Below are positions 1 through 9,659 of a stretch of DNA of 64,000 bases, one piece after another. The position numbers and the translations under genes were made by a program. Below the pieces are notes generated by a model, which had not been told where the DNA came from, did not search any database, and saw only the letters and a list, made by a program, of their open reading frames with translations. Where the stretch lies: assembly GCA_038065655.1 (NCBI GenBank), contig JBBTQO010000001.1:2517-66516 (forward strand), written 5' to 3'. Position 1 is the first letter of the stretch, and the number at the start of each line of letters is the position of its first letter. Origin of the DNA: Patescibacteria group bacterium (GTDB lineage Bacteria > Patescibacteriota > Minisyncoccia > Phycocordibacterales > WO2-35-19).

Positions 1-271
1 TTTGGGTAATTCCCATAACATCACAATCAAAGAATGAAAAATTTTATAATAAATTTATATTTGATGAAAAAATATATTTTAGTTGTATTACTCAAATAAG
101 GACATTGAGTACCAAAAGATTTTTAAGAAAAATAGGTATGATGCAAGAAAATGATTTTAATAAAATAATAGATAAAGTGGGGAGTTTCTTAAAAAACGAA
201 ACCCCGCCAAATGACGGAGAATCTCGGAGGCCGAAGCCATAATCAAAGATAGTATAGCAAGTACAAAATAA

Positions 272-2056
272 ATGTCAAGAAAAATATTTAAAAAAATAAT
301 AATAGCGATACCTATACTCATCATCACTTTTGTAATGGTTTTTAATTATGAACCGACTGAAATAAAAGCTTTGACAGTGACTGGCTCGCCAAGTGCTGGC
401 GCTGGGGTGGGGGACAGTGGTACCAGTTGCAACAATGCCGACGGGGACTGGGCTAATCCAACTTTTGCCGCTAGTTCCAATAACTCATATACAGATTTTG
501 GTGGAAACTTTTTTGACGCCAATGAAATTTCTGATGAACTGCAAGTCTCTAATCTTGGTTTAGCATTGCCAGCCGGTTCAACTATTGATGGGATTACAGT
601 AGAAATTGAAAAATATGCCGGTGGGGGCGACTTGGCAGTAGATTATGATGTAAGACTGACAAAAACAGCTGGAGTGCAAATCGGTACCAATAAAACTGAT
701 ACGGCGACTAATTGGGCGACTGCAGATCCAAACTCCTATGTCTCATATGGTGGAGCAACTGATAAATGGGGCACGACTTGGACTGAAGCTGAAGTAGAGA
801 CAACAGGTTTTGGTTTGGTTTTTTGTGGCAAATCAAACAACGATGCTAATGTGAATTTATATATTGATCATATTCAAATTACGGTCTACTACACACCAGC
901 AATTTCAGTTGATCTGTCAGGGACGGTTTATCAAAGTAGCGGGGGTTCAAATATTGGGGCAAGTAAAACTATAACAGTTTACAAAAATGGTTCTACCTCT
1001 TTGGGTAGTGATACTACTGATATAAATGGAGCTTGGGCTTTGACCGGGCTCAATATTTCTTCGGGCGATATTATAAATGTATATATAGATGGAGATGCTA
1101 CATATAAAGGGAATACAGTCTTTGTCTCTGACGGCAACAATCAAACTAATGTTGATATTTACGGTAGCACCTTGATTGTTCGCCACGATACGGGAAGCAA
1201 CATAACAAATACAAATCTCTCTACTGCTAGAGTGGGGACTGACGCGAATGATATGGTCTATTCTGTTTCAGGTACAAATTTAACTGCTACTACTAGTGCT
1301 GAAATTCATGTTTGGACGGGGGACACATTTGCACCAGATGGTTTTATTAAAACTAATGGAGCTGTAAGCAATTTGCATATTGACGATAATGCTAGTGTAT
1401 CTCTCTCAACGACCGACAATATTATAAATGGAAATATCACGATTAATACTGGAGCAACACTTACCATATCAGCAGATACCAAACTTGGCGGCAACTTAAC
1501 CAACAACGGCACATTTACCCATAGCGCCAATACTTTGGAATTTATAAATAGCGCTACTCCATCTACTATTTTAAGCGCAACCGATATTTCGTTTAGCACT
1601 CTCAAATCAAGTGCGGCCGGTAAAATTATAAAATTCCAAAAACAAATCGCCGGCTCACCCAAGTTTACCATCACCGGACAATTTAATTTTCAAGGTCTTG
1701 CTGGTAATCCAATCAATATTAGTTCTGATACGTCAGGGACAGAGTGGCATATACATCTAAATTCAAGTCAAAGCAGTGTAAGTAACATCAGAGTCACTGA
1801 TTCGGCTTGCGCCGTTGGTACCAATTCAATATCAGCAAATGCCTCCATCATTGATGGGGGTAATAATGGTAGTTGCTGGGGGATAATAAATGTGAATGCT
1901 CCGCCTGCTGTTGGCGAAAGTCCTGGAGGGGGAGGGGGGACATTGAAAACCGGAGGTGGTCGAGGAGGTCAACAACCATCTGGCGCGACAGCAGATGGTG
2001 GCGGAGATTTAGAAACGGGAGGCACTGTTGCCCCGCCGACAGTAATATCACCGTAG
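272..2056 (+). CDS. Secreted/cell-surface protein with N-terminal signal-anchor, Thr/Ser/Gly/Asn-rich beta-rich body and a Gly-rich C-terminus
   Basis: 594-aa ORF; hydrophobic N-terminal helix (IIIAIPILIITFVMVF); low-complexity T/S/G/N-rich repeats; C-terminal GGGGGTLKTGGGRGG stretch; no recognisable catalytic motif. Confidence 0.5.
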   Translation: MSRKIFKKIIIAIPILIITFVMVFNYEPTEIKALTVTGSPSAGAGVGDSGTSCNNADGDWANPTFAASSNNSYTDFGGNFFDANEISDELQVSNLGLALPAGSTIDGITVEIEKYAGGGDLAVDYDVRLTKTAGVQIGTNKTDTATNWATADPNSYVSYGGATDKWGTTWTEAEVETTGFGLVFCGKSNNDANVNLYIDHIQITVYYTPAISVDLSGTVYQSSGGSNIGASKTITVYKNGSTSLGSDTTDINGAWALTGLNISSGDIINVYIDGDATYKGNTVFVSDGNNQTNVDIYGSTLIVRHDTGSNITNTNLSTARVGTDANDMVYSVSGTNLTATTSAEIHVWTGDTFAPDGFIKTNGAVSNLHIDDNASVSLSTTDNIINGNITINTGATLTISADTKLGGNLTNNGTFTHSANTLEFINSATPSTILSATDISFSTLKSSAAGKIIKFQKQIAGSPKFTITGQFNFQGLAGNPINISSDTSGTEWHIHLNSSQSSVSNIRVTDSACAVGTNSISANASIIDGGNNGSCWGIINVNAPPAVGESPGGGGGTLKTGGGRGGQQPSGATADGGGDLETGGTVAPPTVISP

Positions 2057-2153
2057 AAGAAATAGGACCAATAAGACCTATCAGTCCTATTTGACTTAAC
2101 AAAATTTTTAAATTTTATGATAAAATATTAGTATATTAATATATATAACTACT

Positions 2154-2642
2154 ATGAATGAAATTAGATTTAGTCAACCAGTTAGAGAAACTCCACCAGT
2201 AGAAAGTTCTTTGCCACAACCACCCAAAACTCCTTTTTTAAAAACTTTCTTTAAAATTGTCGGCTTGATTGTTGTTTTTGGTTTGATCATTTATGGAGCA
2301 ATACTTGTAAAGGGCAATTTTTTGGATAACTCAATTGAGGCTAGAAGTTCTTCTTACAGCGCCGTGTTTCTCATAAACGGGCAAGTTTATTTTGGCAAAA
2401 TGGTTAAAAATAATAATGAAGAAATAGTTTTAAATGATGTGTATTATCTTCAAGTAAACTCCGACAATCTTTCGGGAGGTCAGACAAATGCTCTAAACCA
2501 ATCGACCTTTAATTTGGTCAAACTGGGCAATGAACTTCATGGCCCAACCGATGAACTCTTTGTCAATAAAACGCAGGTTATATTTTATGAATATTTGAAA
2601 GATGATAGCAAAGTAGTGCAGTCTATAAAAAACTATAAATAA
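2154..2642 (+). CDS. Hypothetical membrane-anchored protein
   Basis: 162-aa ORF with a single TM helix (IVGLIVVFGLIIYGAILV) after a Pro-rich N-terminus; no recognisable family. Confidence 0.4.
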   Translation: MNEIRFSQPVRETPPVESSLPQPPKTPFLKTFFKIVGLIVVFGLIIYGAILVKGNFLDNSIEARSSSYSAVFLINGQVYFGKMVKNNNEEIVLNDVYYLQVNSDNLSGGQTNALNQSTFNLVKLGNELHGPTDELFVNKTQVIFYEYLKDDSKVVQSIKNYK

Positions 2643-2644
2643 TA

Positions 2645-2661
2645 CAGAAGGTGCCTTTCTG
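2645..2661. repeat. REP-like hairpin (family 1) upstream of RAYT: cagaagg-tgc-ctttctg
   Basis: 7-bp stem (one mismatch), 3-nt loop, 29 bp upstream of RAYT start; same motif at 2848-2864 and 3352-3368. Confidence 0.6.
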
Positions 2662-2689
2662 CAATTTACAATATATATAGAATAGGGGA

Positions 2690-3349
2690 ATGAGAAATAG
2701 AGATTATAAAATTTTTGCTCCAGATAGTTATTATCACGTATTTAATCGTGGAAATGCCAAAATGAAAATTTTTCTAGACCAGGAAGATTACAGATTTTTT
2801 CTTTGGCGTTTAAAAGAAAACTTATTTCCTGAACAAGTTGAAAAAAACAGAAGGGCACCTTCTGCAAATCTCCCAAAAGAAAGATATGTTCGCAAACTTC
2901 TACCGCCCAATTCGTTCAGTTTGATATGCTATTGTCTTATGCCGAATCATTTTCATCTTTTAATTAGGCAAAATTCTAAAATAAAAATAAGCGAACTAAT
3001 GCTTCGTGTTTGTGGTAGTTATGCAAAGTATTTTAATAAAAAATATGATCGTGTTGGGTCACTTTTTCAAGATCAATTCAAGGCTACTTTGGTAAACAAA
3101 AATAATTATTTGCTTTGGTTATCTGCGTATATACACGAAAATCCTCGAAAAGGAAAACTGGTAGATGAATTGGGGGATTGGGAATGGAGTAGTTACCTGG
3201 ATTATACGAGTCAAAAGCAAGGTGGTTTCTGTGAAAAGGAAATAATACTGGATCAATTAAACTCTAATGGTTACAAGGCATTCGTTAATCAGAATTTTGG
3301 TAAAAAAAGAGCTATAGAATTAAATGCTTTTCTTTTAGATTTTGAATAG
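2690..3349 (+). CDS. REP-associated tyrosine transposase (RAYT; IS200/IS605-like Y1 transposase, COG1943-type)
   Basis: 219 aa; N-terminal YHVFNRGN motif and HuH motif LMPNHFHLLI, typical of Y1 transposases; flanked on both sides by the same hairpin repeat. Confidence 0.8.
   Translation: MRNRDYKIFAPDSYYHVFNRGNAKMKIFLDQEDYRFFLWRLKENLFPEQVEKNRRAPSANLPKERYVRKLLPPNSFSLICYCLMPNHFHLLIRQNSKIKISELMLRVCGSYAKYFNKKYDRVGSLFQDQFKATLVNKNNYLLWLSAYIHENPRKGKLVDELGDWEWSSYLDYTSQKQGGFCEKEIILDQLNSNGYKAFVNQNFGKKRAIELNAFLLDFE
2848..2864. repeat. REP-like hairpin (family 1) copy inside the RAYT coding sequence: cagaagg-gca-ccttctg
   Basis: Perfect 7-bp stem with 3-nt loop; encodes in-frame residues (..NRRAPSANL..) of the RAYT itself. 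Confidence 0.6.
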
Positions 3350-3351
3350 TA

Positions 3352-3368
3352 CAGAAGGTGCCCTTCTG
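3352..3368. repeat. REP-like hairpin (family 1) downstream of RAYT: cagaagg-tgc-ccttctg
   Basis: Perfect 7-bp stem, 3-nt loop, begins 3 nt after the RAYT stop codon. Confidence 0.6.
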
Positions 3369-3613
3369 TATGGTGTTTTTATCCACTGTTTTTGCTTGAT
3401 AAAAAACCTAGATTTGCCAAAATATAGTTAGATTTATCAGTAGGTTATTAGTTAATAATAGTCTTTTCAAAGCTCCTTATTTTAGGAAGAAAAAAGAATC
3501 CGGATCTTTTTGCAGGTTTGCCGTCCTCGCTAAGCGGGGCACAGGCGAACGGAAAGAGATGGAATGCTGTTTTTTCTTCTTTTAAAACAAGAGGGAATAG
3601 GAAGGACCCAAAT

Positions 3614-6067
3614 AATATGGAACAAAATGTGGAGGCTCAAGTGAGCCAAAATAGTTCGGGTATGCCTGCGCATACAGGAAATGTGCTAGTCAAAAAACTG
3701 GGAGTTATTCTTTCGGTTTTTGTTTTTTTAATACCGGTGTTTTTTATGCCGGTAGCAGGAATTAGTTTGTATGTGGCTAAAATAACTCTCCTCGCAACGG
3801 GGCTGGTAGCCATGTTTTCAGTTTTTCTCTCCTCGGTCCTTTCAACCGGAGTGATTGAAATGCCTAAAGTTAAGTACCTTATACCCCTCAGTCTTTTTGC
3901 GGTAATAGCGCTAATATCATCAATACTCTCTGGGACGATTGAGTCCTCAATTGCAGGGGACATCTTTGATCCGGGTACTTCAGGTTTTATTTTGATGTTG
4001 GTTTTTTCGCTATTTCTGACGGTAGTGTCAGTTAGAAATATTGGTACGGTCGGCAAGGTGATGACGGCTTTTATTTATTCCACTATCGCTTTGGCGGTTT
4101 ACACATTGTTAGGAACATTTGGCTCATCACTGTTGCCAGAAGCTCTCGCTTCAAGAATGCCCATTTTCCTTTCCGGAGGTCTCATTGATACGGCTATAAT
4201 ATTTGGTGCGGCTGTCATACTCTCTCTTTGCGCTCTCAACATGACTGAAATATCCAAAAGAATGAGATACATTCTTTTGACTTTGATCGCTTTTTCTCTA
4301 CTGTTTATTGGCGCTGCCAATTTTTTGCCCGTAGTCGTGATGCTTGGCGTAGTTTCTCTAGTTTTCTTTGTCTATATTTTGTCATGGTCATTTGGCAGTC
4401 GCAGTGGATCGGGGGATGACTATATGCAAAATGCTTCAAATGGTGAAGGCGTTTATCAAGAAAATCCTGAGACCCACCAGAAAAAGATTTCTCTTTCATC
4501 GCTCGTGGTGCTCATTGCCATGGTGGTCCTTATCTTGGGCGGTTCAAGTATTGGTGGTTATCTTTCAAGAGTAATGAAAGTGCAATCAACCGAAATCAGA
4601 CCAAATTTTGAAACTACAATGAATTTGGCGATGAGCTCGTGGAAGCAAAATTTTGCTCTTGGTATCGGTCCAAATCGTTTTGCTTCATTCTGGGCTTCAC
4701 ACAAGCCGGTAGAAATTAATCAGACTCAATTTTGGAATTCAGATTTTTATACCGGCTCCGGTTTTGTACCGACTCTCGCTATCACTACCGGACTTCTCGG
4801 TTTACTCTCTTTGCTCGCATTTATCGTGATGTATATGATGAGTGGTATAAAAGCCATTTTCGCTCAAGCCAATGCGGGGCGTTCTAGATATCTTGCCACG
4901 GCTTCTTTCCTAGTTTCTCTTTATTTGTGGGTAATGCTTATTCTTTATACACCAAGCATTGCCGTCCTTGTCTTGGCTTTTGTTTTCACCGGTCTATTTA
5001 CTGTCACCCTAGTTCCTCAGGGGATTGTTGGTCTTTGGAGAATAAATATATTCTCAAATCCTAAAACTAATTTTCTTTCTGTTTTGACTACTGTGATTTT
5101 GCTTATAATGTCTGTGGCTGGCGGTTACTTTGTTTGGGAGAGAGCGGCCGCATCATATGTTTTCCAAAATGGCGTCTTGGAATATCAAAAGACGGGTAAT
5201 GCGGTTCTCGTCAAAGAATCAATAGTCAAATCCATCAATTTAGTTTCCAGAGATGTTTATTGGCGTGGCTTGGCTGAAATTTCTATGACTGATCTTGGTG
5301 TAGTTTTGGGAAAAATAACAAATCAAAATCAAATCACAGATACCGTCAGGACCGAAGCCCAGACTTTGATGGCCAATGCAGTTGAATCAGCTAAAAAAGC
5401 AGTAGAAATTGACAGAAGTAGTTTTCAAAACTGGTTTGCTTTGGCTAGAGTTTATGAAATCCTGGCTTCTAATGGTATAGAAGGATCATTAGATAGCGCT
5501 CGCGCTGCTTATGCTGAGGCGGCTTTGCGCTCGCCAAGCAATCCTTCGGTGCCACTTGCCGTCGCTAGATTGGACGCTATGGCTGGTAAAATTGATGATG
5601 CTAGAGCGAATATAATAAAAGCTTTGGAACTTAAGAATAATTACACTGATGCTTATTTTACTTTAGCTCAACTTGAAGTTGGGGCTAACAATATTCCAGC
5701 AGCTATAAGGTCAGTCGAGGCGGCCACTGTAGTAGAACCAAACAACGCGGGTCTTTTCTTCCAATTGGGTCTGCTCAAATATAATCAAAGAGACTTTGTT
5801 GGAGCTATTGGGGCGTTTGAAAGGTCAGTTACACTAGTCCCAGATTATGCTAATGCCAAATATTTCCTCGGGCTTTCTTATTATCAATCAAATAAAAAGG
5901 AAGATGCTCTAAAGCAATTTGAAGAAATTGGTGTCTCTAATCCAGATAATGAAGAAATAAAAACGATTCTGGCCAATCTGAGGGCGGGTAAGGCAATTTT
6001 CCAAGATGAGAAACCACCAGTTAGTACTCCAGAAAAAAGAACTGAACCGCCTATAAAGGAGGAATAA
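3614..6067 (+). CDS. Polytopic membrane protein (O-antigen ligase/Wzy-like region) with C-terminal TPR repeats
   Basis: ORF 3518-6067; proposed start at ATG 3614 preceded by GAAGGA SD. At least 10 predicted TM helices, then a C-terminal ~250 aa with TPR-like A/L/Y-rich repeats (..ALARVYEILASNG.., ..YFLGLSYYQSNKKEDALKQFEE..). Confidence 0.55.
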   Translation, partial: NMEQNVEAQVSQNSSGMPAHTGNVLVKKLGVILSVFVFLIPVFFMPVAGISLYVAKITLLATGLVAMFSVFLSSVLSTGVIEMPKVKYLIPLSLFAVIALISSILSGTIESSIAGDIFDPGTSGFILMLVFSLFLTVVSVRNIGTVGKVMTAFIYSTIALAVYTLLGTFGSSLLPEALASRMPIFLSGGLIDTAIIFGAAVILSLCALNMTEISKRMRYILLTLIAFSLLFIGAANFLPVVVMLGVVSLVFFVYILSWSFGSRSGSGDDYMQNASNGEGVYQENPETHQKKISLSSLVVLIAMVVLILGGSSIGGYLSRVMKVQSTEIRPNFETTMNLAMSSWKQNFALGIGPNRFASFWASHKPVEINQTQFWNSDFYTGSGFVPTLAITTGLLGLLSLLAFIVMYMMSGIKAIFAQANAGRSRYLATASFLVSLYLWVMLILYTPSIAVLVLAFVFTGLFTVTLVPQGIVGLWRINIFSNPKTNFLSVLTTVILLIMSVAGGYFVWERAAASYVFQNGVLEYQKTGNAVLVKESIVKSINLVSRDVYWRGLAEISMTDLGVVLGKITNQNQITDTVRTEAQTLMANAVESAKKAVEIDRSSFQNWFALARVYEILASNGIEGSLDSARAAYAEAALRSPSNPSVPLAVARLDAMAGKIDDARANIIKALELKNNYTDAYFTLAQLEVGANNIPAAIRSVEAATVVEPNNAGLFFQLGLLKYNQRDFVGAIGAFERSVTLVPDYANAKYFLGLSYYQSNKKEDALKQFEEIGVSNPDNEEIKTILANLRAGKAIFQDEKPPVSTPEKRTEPPIKEE

Positions 6068-6084
6068 AAAGTATTTAAACATTT

Positions 6085-6122
6085 AAGCATTCAAACAAAG
6101 CCTTATGTTTGAATGCTTTTAT
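6085..6122 (+). terminator. Rho-independent terminator after the TPR membrane protein gene
   Basis: 12-bp perfect stem aagcattcaaac / gtttgaatgctt with 10-nt loop, followed by TTTTAT. Confidence 0.5.
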
Positions 6123-6136
6123 GTTAATATGTTAGT

Positions 6137-7765
6137 ATGGTAAGGAAAACCTTAAAGGCAATCACCGCTAAAATCAGCGGCTTACACGAGGCCGCTTTTT
6201 GGCTAGCTGGATTTTCCATTTTTTCTCAAGTTTTAGCTTTTTTAAGGGATCGTCTCTTGGCTCATTATTTTGGCGCTGGCCAAGCTTTGGATATTTATTA
6301 CACCGCCTTTCGGATTCCGGATTTTATTTTTGTGACCGCAGGCTCTCTGGTTTCAATTTCTGTGTTGGTGCCTATGTTTTCAAAAAAAGCGGTTGACGGA
6401 AATAGTGATGAGGTGAAGTCTTTTGTTAATTCTATATTTACCAGCTTTTCCATTTTGATTGTAGCCAGTTGTCTGCTGGCCTTTGTCTTTATGCCCCAAA
6501 TAATCCCTTTTTTGTTTAGAGGTTTTGATACAGAAACATTAACTCAAATAATAAAGCTTTCAAGAATATTGCTTTTATCCCCGCTACTGCTTGGGTTTTC
6601 AAATTTTTTTAGCAGTATCGTTCAGTATGAAAAAAGATTTTTATTGTATTCTTTAAGTCCACTTCTTTATAATGTTGGTATTATTGTCGGTACTTTTTTG
6701 GGAGCCAATAATTTTGGGGTGATGGCAGTAGTTTTTGGAGTAATATTGGGGGCAATACTGCATCTGGCAACCCAAGCTGGCTACGTCATTTTTTCTGGTA
6801 ATTCGCCTAAATTGACCACTAAAATAAATTTAAAAGAAGTAAAAGAAACAGCTCTCATTTCTATTCCGAGAGCTTTGGCCCTATCTGTGACTCAAATCAT
6901 CAACATTGTTTTTACAACAGTGGCTTCATTTTTTGGTATTGGCGCTGTGGCGGTCTTTAATTTGGCTCTTAATTTGCAATCAGTGCCACTTTCCATTGTC
7001 GGAGCTAGTTATTCCTTGGCCGCTTTTCCTACTCTTTCTGAACATTTTGCTAAAAAAAATATTAAAGAATGTGGCCGTTATATAAGTGAATCTTTGCGTT
7101 ATATGATTTTTTGGACCTTGCCATTATCGGCTCTTTTTATTATTTTAAGAACTCATATTGTGAGAGTAGTATTGGGTTCCGGTGCTTTTGATTGGACCGA
7201 TACCAAGTTGACCGCCGCTGTAATGTCTATTTTTGCTCTGTCTTTTGTTTTTCAAAGCATTCAACTTTTTTTAACCCGAGCTCACTATGCTCTTAATAAA
7301 ACTAGGGTGCCACTTTTATTAGGATTTTTGGGAGCATTTATTACCATTATTTTAGCTTATTTATTGTATTTTGATTTCTTGTCACCACTCGTAGTCTGGT
7401 TTGAAAAATTTCTTGAAATAGAAAATGTCACTGGATCAAAAATAATTATTTTGCCGATGTCCTTTTCTCTCGGAGCTATGTTCACTTCCATCGGCCTTTG
7501 GTTTTTCCTAGACAAAGAAACAAAATATATAGCCAAAGAAGGTGTTTTTAAAGCTTTTGTAAATGTTTCTTTTGCTTCTGCCGTAATTGGTTTGGTAACT
7601 TTTTATTCTCTAAGAATTTTTGATAATTTCTTCACGCTTGATTCGCTTCCTAATGTTTTCGGGCACGCGTTTATTTCAGGAATGGTGGGGATTTTGGCGG
7701 GGATTGTAGTTTTGTATTTTATTAAAAACAAAGAGTTAAAAGAGGTCATAACTAAATTCCGTTAA
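6137..7765 (+). CDS. murJ: Lipid II flippase MurJ (MviN family)
   Basis: 542 aa, ~14 TM helices, N-terminal LAHYFGAGQALDIYYTAFRIPDF motif typical of MurJ/MviN. Confidence 0.8.
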   Translation: MVRKTLKAITAKISGLHEAAFWLAGFSIFSQVLAFLRDRLLAHYFGAGQALDIYYTAFRIPDFIFVTAGSLVSISVLVPMFSKKAVDGNSDEVKSFVNSIFTSFSILIVASCLLAFVFMPQIIPFLFRGFDTETLTQIIKLSRILLLSPLLLGFSNFFSSIVQYEKRFLLYSLSPLLYNVGIIVGTFLGANNFGVMAVVFGVILGAILHLATQAGYVIFSGNSPKLTTKINLKEVKETALISIPRALALSVTQIINIVFTTVASFFGIGAVAVFNLALNLQSVPLSIVGASYSLAAFPTLSEHFAKKNIKECGRYISESLRYMIFWTLPLSALFIILRTHIVRVVLGSGAFDWTDTKLTAAVMSIFALSFVFQSIQLFLTRAHYALNKTRVPLLLGFLGAFITIILAYLLYFDFLSPLVVWFEKFLEIENVTGSKIIILPMSFSLGAMFTSIGLWFFLDKETKYIAKEGVFKAFVNVSFASAVIGLVTFYSLRIFDNFFTLDSLPNVFGHAFISGMVGILAGIVVLYFIKNKELKEVITKFR

Positions 7766-7769
7766 TTTT

Positions 7770-9659
7770 ATGAATAACATCAGAAATTTCTGTATCATTG
7801 CTCATATTGACCACGGTAAATCTACTCTGGCAGATAGGATGCTTGAGATAACTGGCACCATAGAAGCTCGTAAAATGAAGGCTCAAGTGCTGGATTCTAT
7901 GGAGCTTGAAAGAGAGCGGGGGATTACTATAAAAATGCAACCTGTGCGGATGCTATATCATCCGCAAGCACGAAATCCGAAATCCGAAATCCGAAATTTC
8001 GAATTTGATGCTTCGAATTTAGAATTTGCAAATTCAGAATATATTCTGAATTTGATAGATACCCCCGGCCATATTGATTTTTCATATGAGGTTTCAAGGG
8101 CATTGAAAGCGGTAGAAGGAGCGATTCTTTTGGTTGACGCTACTCAAGGTATTCAAGCGCAAACTTTGTCGGTACTGGCTATGGCTAGAACCCAAGGTTT
8201 GGTTGTTATCCCAGCTTTGAGTAAGTGTGATTCGCCTTTGGCTAGAGTGGAAGAAGTAAAAGCGGAGATAATTTCACTACTTGATTGTCAGGAGGAAGAA
8301 ATAATAGAAACTTCTGGCAAAACAGGGGAGGGAGTGGAAAAACTTTTACTTAATATTATAGAAAAAATTCCAGCGCCAAATCTTGCCAAAGATGCCCTTT
8401 GCCATTTTCCGCTTCAAGCTCTTGTTTTTGATTTTAAATATTCCGCTCATCGGGGTATTATAGTTTTTGCCAGAATAATGAAAGGAGAAGTTTCGGCTAG
8501 AGAAAATTTAATTTTTAGAGTGGCGGGGCAAAAATTTGTGGCCTTGGAAGTGGGTATTTTTAAACCAGATGAAGAAGCTCAAAAATCATTAAAAGCTGGA
8601 GAAACCGGTTATATTGTCACCGGTATTAAAACTCCGGGCATAGTTTCTGTCGGCGATACTATTGGCAAAGAAAAAGAAAATGGCAAAGCCTTAGAAGGTT
8701 ACACCCTGCCAAATCCAGTAGTTTGGGCATCTGTTTTTCCTGAGGATCAAAGCGATTTGGTGGCCCTAAAACAGGCTTTGGCAAAATTGAAATTAACCGA
8801 CTCCTCGCTTTTTTATGAAGAAGAATCATCGGGAGTTTTGGGTAAAGGTTTTAGATGCGGTTTTTTGGGGATGCTTCATTTGGAAATTATTACTGAAAGA
8901 TTGAAAAGGGAATTTGATCTGACTTTGATTATTACTCAACCGTCCATCACTTATCATTTAGAATATAAAAATGGTAAATTTGAAAAAATTTTTTCGCCAG
9001 CCTTTTTCCCGGAAGATGGTTTAATTGAAAAAATAGAAGAACCTTGGGTCAATGTTCACATTATTACCCCTTCTCAATATGTGGGGGGCCTTTTGCCGCT
9101 ACTTTATGAATATGAGGCTGAAATAGTTTCTGCCGAAGGGCATCTTCAAAATGCTCCGATCCCAGAAGATGCCCTTCGGCGGAAAACAAACATCCACACT
9201 CTGATGCCATTAAGGGAGTTGATGCGTGGTTTTTTTGATAAGCTTAAGAGTGTCTCTCAAGGATATGCCTCTCTCTCCTATGAAGAAGCGGGGATGAGGC
9301 GGGCTAATGTCACCAAACTCTGTGTTTTGGTAAATGGAGAAGAAGAACCGTCTCTTTCTCGAGTAGTTTCTAAAAGAATTGTCGAAAGAGAAGCGGAGTC
9401 TATTGTGGAGAAACTTAAAAATCTTTTACCGCGCCAAATGTTTGAGCTCAAAATACAGGCAAAAGCTCTCGGTAGAATCATCGCTTCGCGTTCTATTTCG
9501 GCTTATCGAAAAGATGTTACTCAACATATGTATGGTGGGGACATTACTCGCAAAATGAAGCTTAGAGAAAAACAGAAAAAGGGCAAAAAGAAAATGAAAG
9601 AAAGAGGTAAAATATTGATACCCCAAGATGTTTTTATAAAAATAATGCGCCCCGACTAA
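7770..9659 (+). CDS. lepA: Elongation factor 4 (LepA) with an in-frame low-complexity insertion in the G domain
   Basis: N-terminus NIRNFCIIAHIDHGKSTLADRMLE, DTPGHIDF, C-terminal LepA domain. An extra ~20 aa (PQARNPKSEIRNFEFDASNLEFANSEY) lies before DTPGH; it is encoded by the hairpin plus heptamer tandem repeat at 7944-8046. Confidence 0.9.
   Translation: MNNIRNFCIIAHIDHGKSTLADRMLEITGTIEARKMKAQVLDSMELERERGITIKMQPVRMLYHPQARNPKSEIRNFEFDASNLEFANSEYILNLIDTPGHIDFSYEVSRALKAVEGAILLVDATQGIQAQTLSVLAMARTQGLVVIPALSKCDSPLARVEEVKAEIISLLDCQEEEIIETSGKTGEGVEKLLLNIIEKIPAPNLAKDALCHFPLQALVFDFKYSAHRGIIVFARIMKGEVSARENLIFRVAGQKFVALEVGIFKPDEEAQKSLKAGETGYIVTGIKTPGIVSVGDTIGKEKENGKALEGYTLPNPVVWASVFPEDQSDLVALKQALAKLKLTDSSLFYEEESSGVLGKGFRCGFLGMLHLEIITERLKREFDLTLIITQPSITYHLEYKNGKFEKIFSPAFFPEDGLIEKIEEPWVNVHIITPSQYVGGLLPLLYEYEAEIVSAEGHLQNAPIPEDALRRKTNIHTLMPLRELMRGFFDKLKSVSQGYASLSYEEAGMRRANVTKLCVLVNGEEEPSLSRVVSKRIVEREAESIVEKLKNLLPRQMFELKIQAKALGRIIASRSISAYRKDVTQHMYGGDITRKMKLREKQKKGKKKMKERGKILIPQDVFIKIMRPD
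7944..8046. repeat. Intragenic structured repeat in lepA: 8-bp hairpin, 3.5 x heptamer cgaaatc, palindrome cagaatatattctg
   Basis: tgcggatg-ctatat-catccgca hairpin (7945-7966); tandem cgaaatc cgaaatc cgaaatc cgaaatt (7969-7996); perfect 14-nt palindrome at 8033-8046; shares an aatttagaatt core (opposite orientation) with the repeat in the methyltransferase gene at 28632-28703. Confidence 0.55.

Noticed and set aside
7969-7996. Possible CRISPR array suggested by short tandem repeats (cgaaatc x3.5; also aattttc x4 at 28665-28703 and ggaaattt x2-3 at 23828-23848)
   Set aside because: Units are 7-8 nt with no spacers and lie inside coding sequences in frame; not CRISPR repeat-spacer architecture. 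No cas genes in the window.
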